Source: Hemiscyllium ocellatum (Eukaryota). From it: a DNA stretch of 64,000 nucleotides. The stretch lies in contig NC_083414.1 in the NCBI RefSeq assembly GCF_020745735.1, positions 38,626,001-38,690,000 of the forward strand, in the 5' to 3' direction. This document shows, one piece after another, positions 52,975 to 64,000 of the stretch. A program made the position numbers and the translations under genes. Positions within the stretch are counted from its first letter, which is position 1, and each line of letters starts with the position of its first letter. A model generated the notes under the pieces. It did not search any database. It was not told the origin of the DNA and saw nothing but the letters and a program-made list of their open reading frames with translations.

Positions 52975-53760
52975 ATGAGCAAAATAACTCCACAGAGGCC
53001 TGTATCCTGTCACCAAGTCACCCATCATTTACAGGTGGACAGTTCTTGACACTGATCCAATTTCTTCAGAGTGAACAGAATCTCCTGTTTACACCTGTCA
53101 GCCAGGGCTACCCGACTGTACCAGGGAGACTGAACGCCTTCTCGCAGAGCACTTTAGGGAACATCTCTGGGACACCTGCACCAATCAACCCCACCGCCCC
53201 GCAGCCAAATATTTCAACTCTCCCTCCCACTCTGCGAGGACATTCAGGTCCTGGGACTCCTCCACCCCCGCTCCCTCACCACCTGACGCCTGGAGGAAGA
53301 ATGCCTCATCTTCCGCCTCAGAACTCTTCAACCCCAGGGCATCAATGTGGACTTCACCAGTTTCCTCATTTCCTCTTACCCCACCTTACCCCAGTTCCAA
53401 CCTTCCAGCTCAGCACTATCCTCATGACCTGTCCCACCTGCCAATCTTCCTTCCCACCTATCCGCCTCACCCTCCTCTCCCACCTATCACCTTCATCCCC
53501 ACCTCCATCCACCTATTGCACTCTTAACTACCTTCCTCCCAGCTCCAACCCCCCCTCCCATTTATCTCTCCACTCCGGAGGCTCCCTGCCTCATTCCTGA
53601 TGAAGGGCTTTTGCCCGAAATGTCGATTTTCCTGTTCCTCGGATGCTGCCTGACCTGCTGCGCTTTTCCAGCAGTACATTCTTGACCCTGGACCAGATTA
53701 ACACCTCCAATCAAGGTACTCATTCTTTGAGGGCCACCTGGCTGACCTCGTATTATCCAT
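52975..53760 (-). mobile_element. Probable Gypsy LTR, split by a PLE insertion
   Basis: Non-coding segment abutting the integrase remnant. The halves ...GCCAGGGCTACCCGACT (to ~53120) and GGACCAGATTAAC... (from ~53689) appear to be contiguous LTR sequence. Confidence 0.55.
53121..53685 (+). mobile_element. Neptune-type PLE 3' fragment with HHR at ~53593-53628
   Basis: GETERLLAEHFREH...LEEECLIFRL; CCTGATGAAGGGCTTTTGCCCGAAATGTCGA. Confidence 0.88.
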
Positions 53761-54719
53761 GTATTGCAAAAGATGTACACAGTTTTCTATCGTCATCCCT
53801 GTATTTGATGAATGAACTCTATAACCATCTAGCCACTTAGAGTGTGTGTCTATAATGACTAAGAACATCAAGCCCATGAAAGGGCCTGCACAGTCAACAT
53901 GTCCAGAATTTACCCAATCATTCCCATGAATGTGGGGGAGCTTCTAGCAGTATGTTTATCGTTATTGGCATTTTGGGCATTACCCCACCATCACAACTAT
54001 GCCTGCATCCAATCCCAGCCACGAGGTATAACTTCATGCCAACATTTTTATTTTGGAAACCATTATATGACCCCGGTGGAGTGTAGCCAGTATCTAGTGG
54101 CGAGCTTTGCTTAGGACAATCACTCTCACTCCCTATAATAATATGCCGTACTCGACAGTGATCTGATTTCTTGGGGTCCAAAATGGTTTCAATTCTGGTT
54201 GCAATGGTCTGTTGGTTTTGCCTATTATCACCAGCTGTTTCAGTTTTGCCAGGACAAGATCTTTCTGTCTGATATTGTCAGCTGTGACTGGAATTGTGTC
54301 CAGAAAATTTAAAACATTATGGACTCTTCTAGTGGCAGTACTATGGGTGGTCTAACTGCCATCAGGAGGTGGTTCAATGCATCCACACTTGCTCCATGAC
54401 CTCCTGGACTGTGTTCCAACTTGTAATTATTCGGATTTAGTATGATAGCTTAATGCAGCCTGAAGCTATGGGCAGCAATGCCTTAGACCGAGTAAGTGTT
54501 TATGGTCTGTCATTATAACAAACTTAGGTCAGTTAAGATTTGGAGGAACTTCTTGACTCCAAATATTATCATCAAATTATCCTTCTTCATCTGGATATTT
54601 ATGCTTGGTTTAAGCCAAAGTCCTCAATGCATACTCTATTGGACACTCCTTTCCATTGGGCCACTTAAGAGTGAACGAGGAGGCATTGCATGTCAATACC
54701 AGAACTGGTTTGGGATCAT

Positions 54720-54948
54720 AGTGGAAAGTGAGGTCTGCAGATGCTGGAGATCAGAGCTGAAAATGTGTTGCTGGAAAAGCGCAGCAGGTCAGGCAGCATC
54801 CAAGGAGCAGAAGAATCGACGTTTCGGGCATGAGCCCTTCTTCAGGAAAAGCCTTCCTGAAGAAGGGCTCATGCCCAAAATGTCGATTCTCCTGCTCCTT
54901 GGATGCTGCCTGACCTGCTGCGCTTTTCCAGCAACACATTTTCAGTAG
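54720..54948. mobile_element. Head-to-head HHR mini element: 92-bp arms, 5-nt loop
   Basis: Arms 54757-54848 and 54854-54945. TSD TTGGGATCAT at 54710-54719 and 54949-54958. Confidence 0.92.
54813..54848 (-). ncRNA. Minimal hammerhead ribozyme motif (family A), intact core
   Basis: UUC-CUGAAGA-A-GGGC-UCAU-GCCC-GAAA-CGUC^GAUUC. Confidence 0.8.
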
Positions 54949-56127
54949 TTGGGATCATTGTGTGCCAATATTTCAGAGGATAATGACTGTCCCTTCACTT
55001 TCCTGAAGGTTATGGCTTCACTACACAACTATTTCCAAGGTTGGCCCTTTTATTAAGTGTTGATGCAAAGGTGCCAGAATGGTGGTCAGATTAAGTATTA
55101 ACTTTCCATAATAATTCACCAGCCCACAGAAAGACCAAAGCTCCAATACAGATGTGGGACCCAGGCACCTTTGAATGTCTTCACTTGATTTTACAATGGG
55201 TATAACAGTCTTGTCAACTCTAAAACCCAGGTAGGTCATTTGAAGTGCCTGAAACACACATTTTATTCCCTTTTAAGGCATATGCCTGTCTGGGAGAAAG
55301 TCTAAGGACACTGTACAAGTTCTCTAAATGCTCCTTATTAGCATTTGCACATCATCTAGATAAATGCTGAGCTGGGGTAGACCTTGTGAAATGTTCTCTA
55401 TTGTCCACTGAAAAATTGTATAAGCTGACGATATCCCAAATGGCCGTCTTGGACTATGGTACAACCTCTTATGGGTATCAATTGTAGCATACTTATGAAA
55501 TCTTCAACTAACTGCAATTGCAAGTAGCATGGCTCATGTCCAGCTTTGTGAAGAAGAGCACACTTACCCCGCTTTCCCACCACCACCTTGGTCAGCTTTG
55601 TGTGTAAATCCTCACTGGAAGGGATTGCGAAAAGCAGTTTGCCATTTGTTTAAAATCACCACAAAGATGAACCAACAGTTGAACTTCACAATTGTTATGA
55701 GTGGTGCAAATTGGACTGGTTTGATGATTCCTTCACTTTCCAGGAGTCTGATTTTTGCCTCCACTTTTACACATAAAGAAAATGGCACTGGGTGGGCCTT
55801 GCATGATTATGGAATTGTTTCCTAGTGAACAGGCAGGGAGGCCTTGTCTCTCCTGATAATCCCTAAACTTTCCTGAAAGATGTCCGGGTATTTAATTAGG
55901 ACTTCACCCAGGTAGCCAATTACTCATTGAAAAATGTTGAGCCAATTGAACTGAATCTGTTTCAAACAATTTCACCCACTCAATCTTGGGCCCAAACCTT
56001 TTACTCATGTCAGTGGTAACTGAATCAACTGCTTCTCCTAAGAGACTGGAACTAAAGTTGCAAAAGGACCCCGGTGTAGGCTCACAGTTTTACCAGGGTC
56101 CAAAGTCCAGAGTGAATTTTATTCAAG

Positions 56128-56490
56128 TCAAAAAATCACACAACACCAGGTTATAGTCCAACAGGCTTATTTGGAAGCACTAGCTTTCGGAGCGCTGCTT
56201 CTTCATCAAGTGGTTGTGAAGTATTATATTATAGGACACAAAATTTATAGCAAATTTTTAGTGTGACATAACTGAAATTACACATTAAAAAAGAGCTGGA
56301 TTGTTTGGTAAGTCTCTCATCTTTTAGAATGGGCATGTTGGTTTTAGTTCTTTCATCTGTAAATCCCAGAACTTAAAGTTACATTCTCAAGTGAACTTTA
56401 ACAATATGGTGGCCCAGATAATGCATTGAAGGTGTGAGATGCCCTGTGAGAGGCTGTCTATGCCACAATGTTCACACTGATTCTAATCAT
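56128..56490 (-). mobile_element. PLE 3' end of another family (D) with HHR at 56178-56212
   Basis: Minus strand CAC-(U)UGAUGA-A-GAAGC-AGC-GCUCC-GAAA-GCUA^GUG: helix I CAC/GUG, palindromic AGCU, core C3 mutated. Confidence 0.75.
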
Positions 56491-56719
56491 ACCCATATCT
56501 CATTAATAAATCTTCAAAATACAAAGTCCAGGTAATAGAGACATTACTTGCAATGCGGCAATACAAAGAAATCTTCTGCATTCTAAGAGAATAAAACGTA
56601 TTTAATAGTTGCTTGAAATGATAAGAACCAGATAAATGAGTTCAAAAAGATATAGAAATAGTAATTTTAATATTTAGATCTCAAATTTGGAAGCAAAGAA
56701 AGGGATGTTGGGAGTAAGA

Positions 56720-57130
56720 ATGTTTCTTATGTGCCTTTCGCACCTCAGGGGGTCTCAACACTTTCCAGCCAATGAACTAATTTTTGAAGTGAAGCCAATG
56801 TTTCAATGTAGGAAATGTGGCAACCTATTTGTACACAGCCAGGTCCCATATATAGCAATTAAATAATTTACCAGATTATCTGCTACACAGTTTTGGTTAA
56901 GGGATAAAGGCTTTCCAAATAACTCTTCAGTTGTGCTTTGAATTGAACTGTGAGATCTTTAACTTCCACCTGATAGGACAAATAGAGACCATGACAGATG
57001 GGGAATTGGGTTAATGTTTCTTCTGAAACATGTCATCCTCAGTGCTGCACTGCTACGCCAGTTTAGATTTATGTGCTAGTTCCAAGATTCAGAACTTGAA
57101 TGATGAAAATGGTATTACTCATTCAAGGTT
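56720..57130 (-). mobile_element. Ancient Deu-domain SINE, degenerate
   Basis: Homologous to 18680-19075 (CAGGTGGAAGTTAAAGATCTCAC; TTTCCTACATTG...CTTCAAAAATTAGTTCATTGGCTG). A tail fragment also lies at ~60250-60365 (+). Confidence 0.7.
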
Positions 57131-60100
57131 GAAAACAAAGTAATCATACTAAAACATAAAAATCAAAAAGAAAAACCAAGAAAAAAGATGATGGGATGAT
57201 ATAAAAAGAAAAATTTCAAGCAACGAGACAAACACTGGTATATGGTGATGTATATCAACACCCAACTTAAAATAAGAGGCCTACATTAAAATAAAATATG
57301 ATTTGGACAGAATAAAATGAGCAAGTACTCCTGCTTTTGATTACATCCACTGTTACTGCTACATATACTAAAGGAAATATTAGGTGGTCATTGTTGCTGT
57401 TTTTGAAGTTGATCAAATAGCATGATGCATCAGAGGACTAAACAAAGTTAACGTGTTGTTACCATGAAGGTAAGAAATATATAATGAGATTCTTTACAGA
57501 AAACAAACAAATTCATACTTGTTTAAAAAATTCTATCACTTCACCTAAAGCTAAACAAAAGAGTAAAACTGCACCTCCAGTGATAACACAACACACATGA
57601 AAACTAAGATTTTACACCTGTCTGAATCTTTCTTTTCAATATAAACCAAGTCATAACAATTGTTATAATTACACACCATCGATGAACATAATTGAACTTT
57701 AATTACAAAGTTTCTTTTGGAACAAAAGGACACACACCAATAGAAGTTCAAAGCAGTTGAAAAAAAATGAATTGCCTGGCAAGAGATCTGAAATTACAAT
57801 CTGGAATTGTAATTTATGGAGAGTATTCTAGGTTATGAACAAAATAATTGAAGCAAAAGGCAATAATCCAGCAAAAGATAGCCTTGTATTTTCCCTCTTT
57901 CAAGAATACAGTGGGACAGAAGTTACAAGTCAGCTTCAATTCTGCCTGTGTATGTTTGTGGCCTGAGATCCTAATGAATGGTCTAGAATACTTGGGTCAC
58001 AACCAACATTCCTTCTAAGTTGCTCCAAGATTCCACACATGGTGATCAATGCCAGTACACTGATTACAGCATTGACTTCCGTTCCAGAGGTCATTGCCGT
58101 GCATGAACCTCAGACTCCTGCACAATCAGAAAGAAAATTTGAGGGAAAGCTTGTCACAGCTCTGAGAATAGCCATTAAATAAGTCAGTTCAAAAGAGTTT
58201 CAATGAACCTACAAAACTGACAATTTGACTAACAATGGCAACATTATCAGTCACATACAACAGCTCAACTTTCAAATGTTTTCTCTTCATTAACAACTCA
58301 AAGACTGATTCATATTTGATTTCAAATGGTTATCTTTTTGGACTTGCCTCTTTATTTTAATGCATATCTGTGTATTGCATTGTTATTTCTTGTATTTAGT
58401 AATTATAAAACACATTTTTGATCATTAATGAAAGGCTAGTTAAATTGGCTCTTTTTAAGACCAATACATGTGGTATAGGAGAAAGGGATCCACAAGGGAA
58501 GGAATCTTTCTAAAGTTAATCTTGTTACAACCAATCTGGGTAGGCATGTGAATAATTAAAAGGTGCCTGCTCCCCTCACACTCAGGAGCTTAACGGTTTA
58601 AGGTATCCTGTTAGGAACCATATCAAATGGGAAATTTCACGCAGGGACTAGTTGTAACACAGTCAAATTACACCTCAGTAATGATACAATTGACAAGAAG
58701 AGTAAGCTGTACGAGTCTATACAAGTACAATTCCTGTTTGATTACTAGGTAACAAAATGAATTGTTCTAACATAGACACCTAGATTTTAAAATGTGTTTC
58801 AAGAGGTTCCAAGGTCGATTCTATAAAAGTGAACCAATGAAACCAGCTTCTTTTCCTAACCAGTTATTGATTCAATACAGCCATGTCCATAAGAATAAAT
58901 CATTCAACTGAGAGCTGTAACATCACAAGAAATGCACAGTGAATGTACTGTTGGAATAAATGCATCAAATATTAAAAGTATTGGTTTTGTAATTACCAAA
59001 AATGAAAAATGCAAGGATACTTTATAGAAAATAATGCTCTCTATGAGTTATGAGAAGTTACAACAGACTTTTTTTAATCCTAAGGAGCTTCTGCTGCAAG
59101 TTTTCCCTTGTGTTTACACAATATCAGTGTCCATTCTTCACTTAAGTTTAAAAAACTGTTAAAAGTATTAGGTTATTTGACATAAGGGAATTGATAGGGT
59201 TGGCTATATTCTATAGCTACAAAGATTCTTGTACTGTTGATTTTATGTGACTGAGCACTCCTGCCACTATTTTGAAAGCTGCAGACATTCAAGGTGATGG
59301 CCAATCTCTCTGACAAATTAAGAACTGAAAAATACTCATACAGTGAAAATGAAGGCTGTCTGCTGGGGAATGATGCAATCTAGCCCTCACTTGCCATCGC
59401 TTTTAATGTTACAGCGTTTCTGAGATCAATTTATAGACATTACTCAGGACAAGTGAGTGCAAACATATTAGTTTATTTTCCTCTTTTGAGAAAGTCTAGG
59501 GAGACGCTGTCTACCTCCATTACAGTCATAAAGTTAAATGATTGTTTTATAATACGGCACACAAACTAACAACAGTCAAAAGACAGCTTGTAAATATTGA
59601 TTTTAAGTGAAACAGCCATGGCTACACTCAACCAGAAAACCTCATCTTACCAAAAAGTGAATACTGTAATTGAAGTTTTAGTGCTTTAGGTAGAAGTAAC
59701 ATGAGGAAGCTATGGACAGGGTTTAAACTAATTTAGAAGTACTTTTGGCACCAAGAATAAATTGTTGAGAGGAGAAACAGGGTGCACAAGATAAATACAA
59801 GGTATTCATACATGGATTTGGAGTGCGTGTGTGTAAATATATGCAACATAATAAATGAACTGAAGGCACAAATCACCACATCAAACTGTAATAAAGTGAA
59901 AATGAAGGAGAAGTAGCCTAAAAAAGGAAAGGATTGAGATTTTAACATCATAAGCTACTAGATATTCATCAAGGTTAGAGTAGGAAGAAAAGGAGAGGGG
60001 TTGCAACTTCAATCAAATCAATGGTTATACTGTTGGCATGATTGTCTTAGTTGAGGGGTTGAAGACAGAATTGATTTTTTATCTAAAAATGGAAGAGTTA

Positions 60101-61034
60101 TGATCATCGATAATGAGAATCTTCTATTTTCCTAATAGAAAGGGATGGATGATGATAATGTGAACAGAAAAGATACTCACTAATTATATGCATTAAGTAC
60201 AAAGTCTACTAATGTCTCCACATCTCATTAAACTTCATGCAATGTAGGTAAATGGCATTGGCACACTTTAAAAAATGTGACCAGATTTCAAGAAAATATT
60301 TCATTTGCTGAAAAGTGTTATGGGAACTCATGAGGTCATGAAAGGTGCCATACAAATATGACATCTTTTTACATACATCCCATTTTTTCTGTATTGTGCA
60401 AATCAGTATTGTACCCATGCAGTTGTAATAAATTTATTCTGTTGTTATTCATCCTTTTGGAGATTTCTCCTTATTAATTATGCATGCTATTGCTTACTTA
60501 TTATTTTCCTTCCTCTCATGTATACAAATGTAACCAGTTGCTGCATCCAAGATATTCATGTAAATTAATAACAATAGAGATTCTATCATCAATTCTTCTC
60601 CCACTCTGTTACCTTCAACTGTTTATCCATACCCAGCATCATCTCGATTTAATCTGAACCAGTGGCTTTATGTCGGAAACTTTGTCTAAGGGGTAGAAGT
60701 TTAGATATATCATGCTCCATACATTTAGCACAATCCATTTGAGATCCCACATCATCAAAAAACTGAATCAATAAAAGTTGGTCATACAGTATAAGCATTC
60801 AATAATACATTATTTTAGAAATAATCCTTCACAATTCTTCTGATTATTGATTCCATTATTTTAACATGTAATGCACTATATTAGTGTACTTCAAACTCAG
60901 TGAAACATCTGAGTCATTAATCATTTTTTCATAATGATATAAAAATCTAGACCCTTATTTCTATTAATTGTCTAGGATTAGTACAATTAGCTTCTGGGGA
61001 TCTGTTTTGTTTTGAACCCTTTAACTTGATTCAG

Positions 61035-61170
61035 ATAGAATCCCTACAGTGTGGAAACAGGCCTTTCGGCCCATTGAATCCACACTGACACTCTGAAGAG
61101 CATCCCACTCAGACCCATCCTGACCCTATTTCCATAACCCTATCTCTCCCATGGTTAATCCACCTAGCCT
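61035..61170 (-). mobile_element. HE1-like SINE 3' fragment
   Basis: ATAGAATCCCTACAGTGTGGAAACAGGCC..., as at the 35393 end. Confidence 0.8.
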
Positions 61171-61558
61171 TCATCGAGAACATCAATTTGAATAATATCA
61201 ATGACTGTGAGTATACTTGACCAGCTTCTTGTGGATGGTATGACACCATTGATTTCTCTAACGAATTGGTCATGGAAGTAATTGTTGAATATTTTTAGCA
61301 TTTGCACATTTATCATGATTCCAATCCTACCAACTTGCTTTAAATTTTAGATATTTAGCTGATCTTACTGTTGAGAGATCAGAGAATGTTGTACCGCTAT
61401 TTAGTATTTGTTCTAACAACAATTGCCAACTTCTTCCACTTTCTAAGCAGCCTTCCAAAATAGGATTACATTTTCAGAAATTTGATTTGCATTTAAATGG
61501 GGCCTTTATTGTTACAACACACATCTCAAAGTCCCTTCAAAAGTAGAATAACTAAACT

Positions 61559-62542
61559 TGTTGTGGTTCTGTTCGCCGAGCTGGAAGTTTTTGCTGCAAA
61601 CGTTTCGTTCCCTGGCTAGGGAACATCATCAGTGCTATTGGAGCCTCCTGTGAAGCGCTGCTTTGATGTTTCTTCCGGTATTTATAGTGGTTTGTTCTTG
61701 CCGCTTCCGGGTGTCAGTTTCAGCTGTAGTAGTTTGTATGTGGGGTCCAGGTCGATGTGTCTGTTGATGGATGTTCTTGCCGTTTCCGGGTGTCAGTTTC
61801 AGCTGTAGTGGTTTGTATATGGGGTCCAGGTCCATGTGTCTGTTAATAGAGTTTGTGGATGAATGCCATGCCTCTAGGAATTCCCTGGCTGTTCTCTGTC
61901 TGGCTTGCCCTATGATGGTAGTGTTTTCCCAGTCAAATTCATGTTCCTGGTTGTCTGAGTGTATGGCTACTAGGGATAGCTGGTCGTGTCGTTTTGTGGC
62001 TAGCTGATGTTCATGGATGCGGATTGATAGCTGTTAACAATCCGCATCCATGAACATCAGCTAGCCACAAAACGACACGACCAGCTATCCCTAGTAGCCA
62101 TACACCCAAACAACCAGGAACATGAATTTGACTGGGAAAACACTACCATCATAGGACAAGCCAGACAGAGAACAGCCAGGGAATTCCTAGAGGCATGGCA
62201 TTCATCCACAAACTCCATTAACAAACACATGGACCTGGACCCCATATACAAACCACTACAGCTGAAACTGACACCCGGAAACGGCAAGAACATCCATCAA
62301 CAGACACATCGACCTGGACCCCACATACAAACTACTACAGCTGAAACTGACACCCGGAAGCGGCAAGAACAAACCACTATAAATACCGAAAGAAACATCA
62401 AAGCAGCGCTTCACAGGAGGCTCCAATAGCACTAATGATGTTCCCTAGCCAGGGAACGAAACATTTGCAGCAAAAACTTCCAGCTCGGCGAACAGAACCA
62501 CAACAACGGACACCTGAGCTACAAATCTTCAACCAGACTTTA
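61559..62542. mobile_element. Poseidon-type PLE insertion forming a spacerless palindrome
   Basis: TSD AATAACTAAACT at 61547-61558 and 62543-62554. Arms mirror about 62032. GIY-YIG C-terminal remnant EFDWEN...REFLEAWHS. Confidence 0.95.
61596..61635 (-). ncRNA. Minimal hammerhead ribozyme motif (family B), intact
   Basis: GCA-CUGAUGA-U-GUUCCCU-AGCC-AGGGAAC-GAAA-CGUU^UGC with a perfect 7-bp helix II. The mirror copy at ~62429-62468 is mutated (CUAAUGA, GAAACAUU). Confidence 0.85.
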
Positions 62543-62564
62543 AATAACTAAACTAAATTCCAGT

Positions 62565-63065
62565 CAGTCATAGTTACGGAGTCATGCAGCGTAGAACTAA
62601 ACCCTTCGGTCCAACTTGTCCATGCAGGCCAAGTTTCCCAAACTCAACGAGCTCCACTTGCCTGCATTTGGCCCATATCCCTCTAATCCTTTACTATTCA
62701 TGTACCTGTCTAAATCTATTTTAAATGTTGTAACTGTACTTGCACCTAAAACTTCCTCTGCCAGTTCATTCTACATACAAACCAGCCTCTGTGTGAAAAG
62801 GTTGCCTCTCAGGACCTTTTTAAATCTTTCTCCTTTCACCTTGAAAATATGCCCTCCAGTTTTGAACTCATCCAACCTAAGGAAAATACCTTTGCTTTTC
62901 ACTCAGTCTATGCCGCATAGAATTTTTAAAATCTTTATAAGGTCACCCCCAACCTCCTACACTCCAGTGAAAAAGCCTATCCTTAATACCTCAAACCTTT
63001 CAGTCCTGACAACATCCTGCTCAATCTTTTCTGAACTATCTCCAATTTAATAATATCTTATAGCA
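62565..63065 (-). mobile_element. CR1 3' end
   Basis: Homologous to 30042-30560. Confidence 0.85.
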
Positions 63066-64000
63066 GTAAACAACACAGCAGATGACCATAAGGTTGATAT
63101 AATGATTCTTCCGTTTTGATTCAGGAATAATGGACCCAGGTCTGATGAGTAACTTGTCATAATGACTCAATATTATTCACAATCAATCAAATCATGAATT
63201 TCCACTATATGTAATATGGCTTTAATTATAACATTACAGTGCACATAATCAGATGCACTTTCAATTTACTACCCAGCATACAGTGTGTAACCTGAAACTG
63301 CACTGCATACGTTCGTTTTTGATATCTTCATCAGTCATATGATATTGTAAATACCATCCATAAAATGAGAATGAATTTCAGAAGAAAGCTTTTGTTCTTA
63401 AGTCTGTATTGTAACTGAGTCCTAAAAGTAACTGACATTTAATTTGCCCAATTGCACAAGTGTTGTTAAAAGCATTTAAATTCAAATATCTGAGAGAATT
63501 AAAGGGAGTCACTTATTGTTTCAATGCTAGAGTTCAGCCAAAGTTTACAATGCCTGAATAATCTTAACGCTGCATTCAATGAATCAGTTTTTCCTCATTT
63601 AGCAAGGAGCGGGAGAACTACCAACAGATATTTTGTGCATTCAAAATGGATTTATGTAAATATCACCTTGGACACTTAACAGTAGTAAGATGTGCAAAGT
63701 ATTTTTGTGATCATGCACATGTTTTAGTTTTTGGACATTTGAACAGCTCATTTAAAGCCACTATATACAAATTTAGCATGGAAATTTTTGGTGAGATACA
63801 CACATCAGTCTTGCATTTCAAATTTGGCAGCACAGAATGCCAAATAGGCAAATTTCAAGAGCACTTTCTGCACTGTGTAGATATATTGTAGCAGCTTCAC
63901 AGCATGGTGGCGGTGGATAACACAATAGCAATAGGTTTTTATTTGCTGACAAAAACACTCATTTTTTGGGATTAAACTGTTTGCAACTATTTCTTGGCCA

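Larger units (their letters stand above)
53790..56125 (-). mobile_element. Decayed Ty3/Gypsy pol (RT, RNase H, integrase N-terminus)
   Basis: SIYLDDV at ~55350-55366, TYLGFRVD...SFCGLVNYYGK...LAPL, and integrase remnants MLA-SYTSWLGLDA and HVDCAGPFMGLMFLVIIDTHSKWLD. Confidence 0.9.

Noticed and set aside
52941-53600. 219-aa Pro-rich ORF, the longest in the track
   Set aside because: It runs across CR1, LTR and PLE pieces in an off-frame of the C-rich PLE 3' region; not a gene.
54757-54945. Hairpin as a miRNA precursor or DNA-transposon MITE
   Set aside because: The arms are PLE pLTR sequence with a one-sided tail, and TSD lengths vary (10-14 nt) among copies, which fits retrotransposition. 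Small-RNA production cannot be judged from sequence.
54496-54948. Mirror ORFs MCCWKSAAGQAASKEQ on both strands (also at 4506 and 37741)
   Set aside because: Translations of the non-coding inverted pLTR; their recurrence reflects the repeat.

Overview
Eukaryotic, AT-rich, repeat-dense DNA from a cartilaginous fish (inferred from HE1-like V-SINEs, Deu-domain SINEs and shark-type CR1 LINEs). The only host coding sequence I can support is missing from the ORF track: the first coding exon of FHIT on the minus strand (CDS 50072-49967, [35 protein letters not shown]|H). It ends in a minor-spliceosome (U12) donor, GTATCCTTT, with a strong U2 donor 83 nt further into the intron. I found no further FHIT exon, so the rest of the window is probably FHIT intron. 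It holds CR1 and L2-group LINE remnants, SINEs, a decayed Gypsy element and many Penelope-like element (PLE) insertions with 9-15 nt target-site duplications (TSDs). The PLE termini carry minimal hammerhead ribozyme (HHR) motifs of at least four sequence families. Several insertions are only a 120-230 nt ribozyme-headed unit (solo, head-to-head or tandem), and one is a spacerless 949-bp palindrome. Nearly all ORFs in the supplied track are TE remnants or noise. Boundaries of old repeats are approximate, and TE family names come from motif recognition, not a database search.
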